This document shows, one piece after another, positions 40,553-52,000 of a stretch of DNA of 64,000 bases. This DNA comes from Paragordius varius. Taxonomy: Eukaryota; Animalia; Nematomorpha. Made by a program: the position numbers and the translations under genes. The stretch's first letter is position 1; each line of letters starts with the position of its first letter. The stretch spans positions 4,092,001 to 4,156,000 of the forward strand of contig OZ176054.1 in assembly GCA_964247055.1 (NCBI GenBank). The letters run 5' to 3'. Below the pieces are notes generated by a model. It was not told the DNA's origin. It searched no databases and saw only the letters and a program-made list of their open reading frames with translations.

Positions 40553-42199
40553 ATATACACAATGCACAAAATCGGGTTGCTAAAAAAAGTCCTGATAAAT
40601 TATTTATGTTCTGATAGAAAATTGTAATTTGAGTATCATTGTGTTGGTTTTAGGCCTTCGAGTCATTTAAGAAAAATATTTACACTTTGTGCTAATTACT
40701 CCATATCGAAATGTTGTTAAATTTACGCAATTATATCAAATAAAATTTTTTTATAAAAAATAAATGCCTCTTTACTAAAATATCAGTATAATATATCATA
40801 AACTATATTTAAAAAAGCAACACAATATAGTAAATTTTCTAGACGAAGGTTCCGAAACATGCAAATATTTGGATACCTCTAAAATGGGCTTGCGCGATGA
40901 CATATTTTAATACATATGCTAGATTATGACCTAAGATTTTTAAAAAAATGAATACTCTGCTTTAAATTTAAGTTTTGCCAAAATTTTGTTGGAGCTTAAT
41001 TCCGGATATTTTTGAGCATGGTGAGAACGGTATAAAACGGTTTAAAATATTAAAAAACTATTCTGTTTTCTAGGATGCTTGACATATCTATCACCTCAAA
41101 ATTATAACTTAGAGATTGGTATGCTTTCGAGTTTGGATAAATTTTTGTTAAAAACCGCAATTTATATTTGGAGACCAACGAATTTAACCTTCAAAAGCTA
41201 AAAGTCTCAGTATGATGAATAGCGAAATATGTTAAAAAAACTAGAAAATGGTAATTTATCATTATTAAAAATCGAACGCATTTCATCGCACATTAGGTTG
41301 AATGCAAATAATTACATTGTAGGAAAAAGCGTCTGATTAATTTTGTTTGTTTCGAATTTTTTGAGGTTTTTGCTAAAAATGGCTGTTTAGCGTAAATTTT
41401 AAAGCAAAAAATATGTGTATAGGTAAAATCTTTTTTTTTAACTATTACACAATTATGTAATAATAATTTGTATTTTTTTGAGGCAGATTTCTACCTCAAA
41501 ACAAGTTTAAGGATTAATTTTTTATAGTGGGCCAAATGTAGCATATATAATTTGAAAGCAATATGAAAATTAAAAATGTAAAATTGTAAATTATTTCAAT
41601 TCCCATTTTGGATTTTTTTGTTGAATTCCTATACGGGTAAGAAAAATATATTATGGTTACAAACTAAAATTAATTTTAAAGGCATGTTTATATATTTTGA
41701 CAGCAAATTTTTATTGATTTTAAGAACATGTGTTTGTTACAGTATTGGGGGGATCTTAATTTATCAAGATATTGCAAAATCTATATATTTATAAAATGGA
41801 AAATGCTGGCTTTATGATCTGTTTCCGGAAAGCCGGTAGACCCATTCAAATCCAAATGTCGAAAAAGTATAATCATTAATAAATGCCCCGACAAGAGCTT
41901 CGTCCTTTTTTTGAATTAGGCCCACAGTTCGGGCCCACCCCGTGTTAAAAAACTGGGTTTTTTGAAAATAGAAGTCCACAAAAATCATGTCTTTGAGACA
42001 ATTTTCTGGAAAACGTTTTGGACCATTCGACTTCAAAAATATTTTTTTAACTTTTTCTCGATTGCGCCGAACATATTCGGCTCGCCTTTTTTATTTAGGC
42101 CCTCTTTTTACCCGCTCCCCCCGTAAAATGCCATTTTTTTCAAAAAAATTAAGTCAACAAAAATAATTTTTTGAATCTATTTTTTGCCCAAGGTATGAT

Positions 42200-43780
42200 A
42201 CCGTAAAATTTAATGAGGATTCGGTATTTATTCCCTGTTAAAAGGCAAAAGTTTTAGTTGTGTGTTTTTTTGTATTGGCTGCTGAGTAAGGAGATACCCG
42301 CTACAAACCGCCCCATCATATCGAGATAGCGTGCCTTTGGGGCTAAATTTCAGAAAACCTATCACGCCATATGAGTTAAATAGGTGCTTAAAATATTCCC
42401 CTGAACAAGGCAAAAATTTAGGCCGTACGTTTTTTTAAAAATTAGCCGTTAGTTAGGCCCTTCACGCCCTGAAAGATGCGCCACCATAGAATGATTTTTT
42501 AGTTTTGACGCAACTTTTCCAAAAACTAATGAGAGCTTATGGAATTAATCATGATTCCAGGTATTCTCCGGATGGGTAGGAAGCTACCCGCCTAAAACTG
42601 GGCAATTATATCGAAATTACGTTGTTTAGGAGTTAATTATCATTATCAGGCCACATATGTTTAATAGGCTGAAATATTATCCGTAAAAAGGCAAAAATTT
42701 AAGTCGAGCGGTTTTTTTAAATTAGCTGTTAATTAGGCTCTTGTCCTAAAAAATGCGCTATCATTGAACTATTAATTAGTTTTGAAACCATTCTTCCAAA
42801 AAAAGAACATAAGGAATTCCTGCAAAGTTTTTTTATCGAACGTCTTTTTTTATATTGGCCTCTGGGTAGGGGACTACCCGGCTACAACTGCTCCACCATA
42901 TCGATACAGCATGACTTTTGAGGCAAATTTTAGAAAACTTATCAGACCATAGTTCAATAAGGGCTTGAAATATCCGTAAAAAGGCAAAAATTTAAGTAGA
43001 GCGGTTTTTTTTGAATTACCCCTTAATTAGCCCCTTGCCCTGAAAAATGCGCCACGATATAATGACATTTTAGCCAATCTTCCAAAAACTATTAAGAGCA
43101 TATGGAATCAATCATAATTCGAGGCATTACCCGAATTAAGGAAATTTAATCCAGCTTTTTTGTTTCGCCCCAGGTTAGGGGCCACCCGCGTAAAACTGCG
43201 GCACCATATCGATACAGCATGTCTTTGGAGTCAAATTTCATAAAACCTATGAGCTTAATAGAAACATATGGAATCCATGATAATTCCAAATATTCCCCAT
43301 ATAAAGCCAAAAATTTTGCCCAACGCTTTTTTATACCTGCCCCTGGGTTAGGAGCTCCCCGTCAAAAACTGCGCCAGTATATAATATTGCGTTGTTTTGG
43401 AGCTGATTTCCAGAAAATTTATGAAGCCATCTGAGCTCATTTAAAGTTTGAAATATTACCCCTAACTAGGTAAAAAAGGTCAGGCGTTTTTTATTAGCCG
43501 TTAATTTGGGCCTTTATCTAAAACTACGCCATCTTATAACGATTATTTAGTGTCAAGGTATTTTTTCGAATAACCCATGAGATGATGGTATCAAAAATGA
43601 TTCCAAATATTTTCCCAATAAAGGCAAAAAATTTAACTCAGCGCTTTTTTTATATTGGTCTATGGGAAGGGCTCTATCGGATTCAAACTGAGACGCCATA
43701 CAAAAGTGGCGTGATATTGGAGCTAATTTCCAAAAATTTAAAAAGCCATACTAGTTCATTAAACAAATTTCTGGGAAATT
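42200..43780. repeat. Highly diverged tandem array with ~145-165-bp units and an apparent ~300-bp dimer
   Basis: Motifs AAAAGGCAAAAATTTA and CATATCGATACAGC recur at roughly regular spacing (~42245, 42410, 42690, 42980, 43300, 43620). Confidence 0.6.
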
Positions 43781-46095
43781 TGTATAATATCATTCTTTCC
43801 TATATAAAGGGACCACAAATTACTTTTTATATCCCTTGATCCCAGCTGTGTGAACACAATTTCAAAATTTTTAACCATGATTTTGTAAAACAAAATCCTT
43901 AAAATATAATCAATGATAGTTAAATATCAAAGGGACAGTTTAAATATGGTCAATTTCGAGTAAACAATATTTGAGCCTATGCAAAACCCGTATCTTTTTA
44001 ATAATATGTATTATTTTTTTATCCTCATTACCTCTATTTATTGCCAATTATTAAGAATAATTATCGGTGATACTACGCCACAGCAAAGCGTGACAGGGCC
44101 AGCTAACAAGAAATAAAAGTCGTTATAAATGTATTTGATGTAAATAATTATATTAATAAACAATTGTCAAGATAATAGTTTTATCCAGGTTTAAAGCTAT
44201 AAAATTAACACATTTTTGACATAAAATAGTGAAAATAAAAGTGTTATTTATAAAAAAATTACTCTCACCTCAGATTTGGGATATTCTATTTTGGAGTCTT
44301 AAGTTTATATCCTGCCTTTCGGGTATTATACATCATGAATCGAAATTGAGGTAGGACTTCTCACACTAAATGTGGAGAAAAAGTCTTATATTATTTATGT
44401 ATTAGAGATTATAAAAAATTACAAGTTAACCCCACTATATCCATATTGGTTAATCATTTTTTTATATCAAGCTTTAATCATTTTTTATCACTCCATTGGT
44501 ACTTTTATATTCCAGTGCGATTTGAAATTGGAATATTTAAAAAGTATTTAAGCTATTAAGCCGAATTTAAAAATATGCTTTTCAAGCTTTTAGGTGCATT
44601 ATACGAAAAAACGTTTTTAAAAAATGTAAAAAAAAATCGTCATCACAAACCTTTTTGCCGCCATTTTTTTCGATAATTTTTTTAATCGCTAATGCAACAG
44701 GCAAACAAATGTATATTATTGTTAGAAAATATAAACATTTAACTTTAGCTTTCAGGCTACATTTTACCAGCACAACTTGATATATTTTGTTAATATCAAA
44801 ATGGGGTTTTCGCAGTAAATTTTAATAATGTATTTTTTTTGTTTTACAATTGCGCCGAACATGACTAAGCCGCATTTTTGAACTAGACTCAATTCAGCCC
44901 CGTCCGTTTTTAAATAGTGGCTTTAAAGCAATTTTCCGTAAACGCGCATATTCAAAATTTAGAAATAATTGATATAGATGCCCCGCTGACAACTGAATTT
45001 TAATTATGCTGTTCAATCTAACCCGGTAAACATAAGTTTTATATTGATTTAAATACATTTTGCCACAAACATATTAAACCTTTAACAGTGATACTCAATC
45101 AAAATGTAACTCTTACATAAGTCATTCTACGGCTTATGAAAACCCTCCAATATTCTCTATTTAAATCATGCACTTTAACAGTTTTTTAAACACAGATCAC
45201 TATAAATTCAATAATTTTTTCTAACTAACATTTTAGCCGCAATTTTTATAATGGTTCCTTGATTAAGCTTCACCCGATATGTATAAATAATAATTTTAAT
45301 CGTATTAACTCTTCATGATCTTTCGGGGTTGTTTTATACCCCAGTTCCATTTCAAAATTAAATTTCTTAAAAAATATTTTTAGCTTGAGCTAAATTTAAT
45401 ACTTTTATTAGCCTTAAGAAGGTTTAATAAATTATATTTCAAAAAATTTTCAAAAGTGTGGTTTGTTTTCTATAGATTCTTGGGTAAAAAATTACCCCGT
45501 AAATGTCATCGCGTACAAAAAGGATGGAAGCTATTACATATGTTTTTCCCTCTACAATAGCAAAATGTAAATTACGTATGACTTAAATTCTATAGAGTTA
45601 TGTATTATATAGCATAATGGGTTTAAAGGTATTAAAAAATTATCAAGTAAAACAAAAAGGTTTTGATGTGGTGTATGAAAAACTTGATACATATAATTTC
45701 TTATTTTTTTAATCGCTAATTCAACAGACAAATATATATATATTATGCTTAGAAAATGTAAATAATTGACTTTATAAGGTTTGGTAGTTGGACTAGCAAA
45801 AACTTGATATATTTTGATTTTATTATCACCTCTTGTTTGAATCCGTTTTGGAACTGTCTAGTCTCTAGAAGTCATAAAAATGTAATATTTTAAGCTTTTT
45901 AATATATGAAAACAATTTTTAATTAAATTTTGACCAAGTTATGCTTCAAAACTGTAGTTTATTTTATGTATCGCTCTCAACTACTTCAAAAATAAATGTA
46001 ATTTTTATGTTCATATAAATTTTTCTTATGGACTGTGTTGGATGGAATAAATGTAATACTCAAAATATCAGTCTTAAACATTTGATAGTTTAACA

Positions 46096-49000
46096 ATGAC
46101 GGCCAAGCAGCAAATGAAAGCCATGTTGGATGAGTTGATGGGTACCCAAAGAAACGGTTTTTATTTGTTTAACAATGCAGGGGAATCTAACACGGAAATA
46201 AAATTTGACGATAGAAGTGTTTGTAAAAATTTTCTATTAAATTGTTGCCCTCACGATATTTTATCTGGAACGGTATTTGTTATCTTATATCTATAGCGGA
46301 TGGATGTGGGTGGATGTCCGAAAATCCATAATTATGCATTAAGAGCAGATTATGAAATGGCATCAAAGGATAAAGATTACTTTTATGATCTTGAAGTTTT
46401 TAAAAATATTATCATAGGCTTTAGAAAACTTACAATACTTTATAAGTGACTGTGATCATAAAACAGAGATTGCTAAACGCAAATTAGCTGAAACTCAAGA
46501 AGAGTTGGATGAAGATAATCAGGAGAAAGTTTGACTTTTATTTGATTTTGAGGCTAATCAAATTAACATATTAAGTGAAAAAATTGGTATCAAATTAGCC
46601 GAAGCAGAAACTTTGGGAACCAAAGGCGAAGTTGAAGCCAGTATGGCACTTTTAAAAGATGTTGAAGATTTGAAACGACAAAAATTAGACGCTGAAGTTC
46701 ATTTTTTAAAAATTATATATAGTTAATTCTTAAAAATTCACTTCCACTATCCAGTTATCAGCAACACAAATTACGTGTTTGCGAAGTTTGTTCTTCATAT
46801 TTGGGTGTGCATGATAATGAAAAAAGGTAATACATTGTTTTTTTATTGAGATCACGTTTAAATATTTTTAGATCATTATAGAGTTTTTTATGCTTATATT
46901 TTATTTTATTAGGTTTATTGGATATTACGAAATTTTTTCCAAAAATAGAGTCTAACATGGCATAAAATTCCAAGCGTATGTAATAAAATTATGTTTTTAT
47001 AACATACCATATTTTCTAGATTTTACACAAAGTTAAATTTACAGATATAATAATTTATTTTTAAAAGATATTACGGGGACTATATTTTAGTATAAACCTC
47101 AAAAACAATAATTTTTATTTTCAGAAGCGGAATAAATTTGCATATATATTAAAATTGTGCTTCAATTTTGATATCTAAAAACTACTGTTTTTACAAATAT
47201 AGTCATAGCCAATAATGAGATATATAATAACATATCTAATCAATCAATCAAGTCGTTGTTTGTCCAGCATGTGCTAGCTTCCAAATTCTTGAGCGAAATA
47301 GCTTGCGATCGAGACAATCGTCTTTGTTCAGTTGAGTTAAGTGTAAGTCATTGCTGAGTGTTTTTTCCCAATCATGGTATGGTCTGCCTCGTTTTAAATT
47401 GCCGTTCGGATGAAAGGATCTAATTTTGTTAATCCAACTATTTGAGCGTTCAATGTGACCCCAGTATCTGAGACGATTTGCTCTGAGAAAAGAAGACATA
47501 GGTGCGATATGAAACAGATTATGTATGCTTTTATTATTATTTGTTTTATCATTGTGATACTGATTGGTGAGACATGAGTTGAGGATTTTTCTTTCTATGT
47601 CACATAATTTATTTTCATTAGTTTGGTTTAAGGGCCAACATTCGCTAGCATAGGTGAGGGCAGGGCGAATGGCAATCGTGTAGATTTTGCCCTTGTTTGG
47701 GTTTGAAATGTGTTTGTGTTTCATTATATACTTGAGTTGATGAAATTTGGCCCAAGCCTGATGTGTCCGTGTTGTTATGGCGTTTTTAATATTCATATCA
47801 GCTGCTATTGTGTCACCCAAGTAATTGTACTTGTTTACTATTTCGATGTTTGTAGTTGGAAGGTAGGTGGTTTGTGTGGGATTATTTGGGTTTATATCTG
47901 GTGTTGCACAAGCTTTACATATAAAATTTTCAATTCCCAATAAACTTCCTTTAATTTGTGAGCACTTTTTATGGACCCACAGCTGGCATTTAGTGCATTT
48001 GATGGAATTAAGTTTCACTTCAGAGTGACAAATGGAGCAAGGGAATTTTATTACAGGTACCGGTGAGCCTGTTATTAAAGCCTTTGTTTTATCTGTGTTA
48101 ATTTTGAGGCCAAATTTTTCTAAAGTAGATTTCCAGAGGTTATATTTATTGATAATGTCTGTTTCGCTGGTGGCTGTTAGTATTATGTCGTCAGCGTACA
48201 TCATCTCAAAAGGTAAACCTGTTTTTATATTATCAGTTATTACATCCATAATGATGATAAATAGTAATGGACTGAGGATGGAGCCCTGGTGTAGTCCGAC
48301 AGTTACTGGAAATTGATTGGTATCACCCACGGGAGTTCTCACGCAACTAGTGGTGTTCTCATATAGTAAGTTTATTATTCTTATTATCCATTCCGGAATT
48401 TCTTTTTTTCGTAACGCAAATGTGATCATGGACCGCGGGATGCAGTCGAATGCACGGCTTAAATCAATAAAGATGTGATATAGGGTTTTGTTTTTGCATC
48501 TGTAGTTCTCTTGTAGCCTTCTAAGAATGAATATGGCGTCAGAGGTGCTGATCCCCTGTTGGAAACCGAATTGGTTTTCGTCAATCGAGCAAAGCTGACG
48601 TATTTTCTTTTCTATAATTATTTCGAATAATTTGGTTGCGTGTTCAAGTAATTTTAATGGTCTGTAGGAGGCGCAGTTGAGCATGTCGCCTTTGTTTTTA
48701 TATATTGGAATTATGACACTTTGGTTCCAGTCGTTCGGGATTTTTTCCTCCATTATAATCAGATTAAATAGCTCTGTGAAATAGGTAATTGCTTCAGGAA
48801 TATTTTTGTACATTTCAGTTTTAATTTCCGTTGGACCAGATGCCTTATTGATTTTACATTTTTGCATGGCTAAGCTCACATCTTCTGCAGTAATAATTGG
48901 GGGTGGCCCAATAACTGGAGGTAAGTTTGGGATCTCGACATTTGAATGCTGGAAATTCAGTGTATTTTGCATGTATTGTGTCCATACATTTTGAATGCTA

Positions 49001-52000
49001 AGAGTGTCAGTAACTGTGTTGTTATTTTTATCTTTTATGGCCTTCACTACCCGAATATCTTTTTTATTATTATTAATATTTTTTAGTGTTTTAAAAACTT
49101 TTAAGTTTTTAATTTCTCCCTCAAGTTTTTTGGCCATTTCCAAACATCTTTCATTCATTTTGTCAGCTATTATTTTCTTTACTCTTTTTTTAACCATTAT
49201 GTAAAAATGTTTGTCATCATCATGTTTAGAAGCTTTCCATTTCTTAAAGGCATCTCTTTTCTCATTCAATAAGGGTTTAATATCGCTTTGCCACCACCAT
49301 TGAGATTTTGTTTTGGTACGTTTTCTTCCGCAGATTTTGGAAACGTTTGAGAGAAGGGTGTTTTTGAGATGCTCCCAGCCGTCATGAACGTTGTTAGGGG
49401 AATGTTTTAGTTCAGGTGTAATTTGGTTGATGTATTGATGCTTTGTTTTAAGATCATTAAGTTTTGCAACGTTAAGTTGTGGCAATTTTTTAGGGCTAGG
49501 TCGGTTCTTATTTATTATTAAAAAAGCAACTATTAGTTTATGTTGTGTATCATATTCATAAGTTTTAAAGTTGGTTATAATTTTTCTAAGTTGTTGGTTC
49601 AGCAACACAAAATCTATTTGCGATGTGTGATTTCCGCTTTTATATGTGTGGATTTGGCTAGGTTTTTTACAGAAGTGTGTGTTGCAAATCAATAAGTTTG
49701 CGGCACTGCAGAATTCCAAGAGGGTTTCGCCCTCTTTGTTGCGAGAGCCAATACCTACTCCACCGTGTATACCTTCATAACCATCAGCGTGCATTCCAAT
49801 GTGTCCATTAAAATCTCCGCCGATCAGAAGTATGTCAGTTGTGGGAACATTTTGTGCGATCTGATAAAGCTGATTCCAAAATTCCTGTTTGGTAGTTTCA
49901 TTTTGACCCTGTTGAGGGGTATAGATGGATAGTATGTTAAGGGTGGTATTATTGAGAGCCACTCGCATTTGAATAATTCTGTCGCTGTGACGTGTAATGT
50001 CAATTATATTATCTTTTATCTGATCGTTTATGGCTATTGCTACCCCTGATTTCCCTGATTTTCCTCCTTCATAATACAGTGTAAAACCCTCATGTTGATA
50101 ATTACCTCCGTTTTTAAAACGAGTTTCTTGTAAACAACATATGTCAAGCTTTTGTTCTTTAATCGCATTTATTATCATCCAAGCTTTTCCAACAAGAGTT
50201 CCGACATTCCATGTGCCAAATTTAAAGTTATTATTTTTAATATTAAATGATTTTTTCTCAGGTAACATTTCACTTTTCCGTAGATGTATTATAAATATAA
50301 TTATTATTATTATGCAGTATAAAAATATATAATATAAAGTTTCAAAGACGCTTTTATAAGTAGTATTTATTCATTATTATTTCGCTGTTGAACATGGTAA
50401 AAGTAATGAGGCTTGATTTTTATAGACTATATGCCCTTATAGCCAACCTCTTAACTCGGAGGAGAGAGTACCTTATTCGCTGTACCAGGCTAGAGAGTGT
50501 CTGAAAAGACTTCGAATCTCTCAATCCGTTTGTAGATTTAAGTCTACGGCCGAGGGAGGTGCCTTTCTGGGCTTTGGAAGCTCCCACTCCATCTTTCGTT
50601 TTAAGTACTTATATTATCGTTATTATCATCTGGCTGCTGGTTATAGCGCCCAGATAAACCCGCTTTAAAACCATGTGTGTGAATACAGGCATTGTGGTAT
50701 TTTGTAAGAAAATGAGACAGCCAATCTCAATTCCGCCACGCCCCACACACTAGTTTTCCTCCTTGTGGATTGATGTTCATTGACTGTTCTTTACAAACAG
50801 TGCCGCTCCCGTTAGCGTTACCCGGGATGCCCCGCGAGGAGGTGGGAGTCGGTCTTTGCATCCCATAATAACATATCTAAAGCAAAATACAATTTATCTT
50901 GATACTTTCTATTCGCGATTTTTGATTGCCAACAAGCTATAATATATTACTTTTAAAAAACTTATATATTATATTTAGATTGGCTGATCATTTTGGGGGA
51001 AAGCTGCATCTTGGATTTATCTATCTACGAGATAAAATGAAACAATTTCAAAGCGTTTCCGAGGAACGAAAAGTTCTTCGTGATTTACAAATGCAAATTG
51101 ATCGTAATAACCGATACCCTGTATCTCGAAGGAGTAATTCAAGGCCAAAATTTTTGAGAAGCAGGAGTCGATCTATATCTAGGTATGTTTTTTATCTTAA
51201 ATTAATTAAATATATTTTTGTATGTTTGTTTTGACAAAATTCTGTTGTTACCTATTTTATGAGCTTACATACGTTGCAGCAATCGTATTGATTAGGGGTA
51301 TTATACCATTTGCACCTCAAGAGTGTCGTTGAACACTTCAAGTTAGTCTTTAAATTTTTTAACTCAACCATAAGTTTTGTATGTTTTTCTTTTTCTTAAG
51401 TTTTTATTTATTTATAATATATTTATTCAATTGAAAAATTATTTTTTTATTTAAAAATAATTTTTAAACAATATTATTAACTTACATGGAAAATTATAAT
51501 AACCCATAAAACTTATATATTTTTCAATTATTATTTAAAATCTTATTAATTTTAAAATATTTTTAAATAAATTAATAAAGATATTTGGTTTCTAAATGAT
51601 AAAAAGTTGTATTAATTAAAAATTATACAGTTTAGAGTCTTTTTTTATTCATTTTTTAAAGGGGAAAAACTTAAATTGTACCCGGACTTGTGAGGCTTTA
51701 ACACTCGCCTGCCAAAGGCTGACAGTAATGATGGAAAAATTGCGACTTAGAATAGGTTAAAATTGATCAAAAGATGAATGATACACGGTTTGATTGATAA
51801 AAACAAAATAAAAAAGTCAACTTGAAGTGCAAATGTTATATTAAAGATGACACTATAAAAAATACATAATTATTTGGCAAACCGCAATTATCAATGTTAA
51901 AATGGCATAAAATAATAGGAAATATCAAGGCATAATAATTTTATTGTAAATTGCATATTTTTCAATATATAGCTTAGGGCAGAGATAAATATTAAAGTGC

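Larger units (their letters stand above)
47240..50864 (-). mobile_element. Full-length, intact RTE-clade LINE (family 2), antisense in LUC7 intron 6
   Basis: Perfect 16-bp TSD ATAATAACATATCTAA at 47224-47239 and 50865-50880, (TTGA)n 3' tail, single 1006-aa ORF, ~600-nt 5' UTR that starts with an HDV-like ribozyme. Confidence 0.96.

Noticed and set aside
50430-50600. Second ribozyme in the RTE 5' UTR (ACCUCCCUCGG and nearby hairpins)
   Set aside because: A full P1/P2/J4-2 arrangement could not be assembled by eye.
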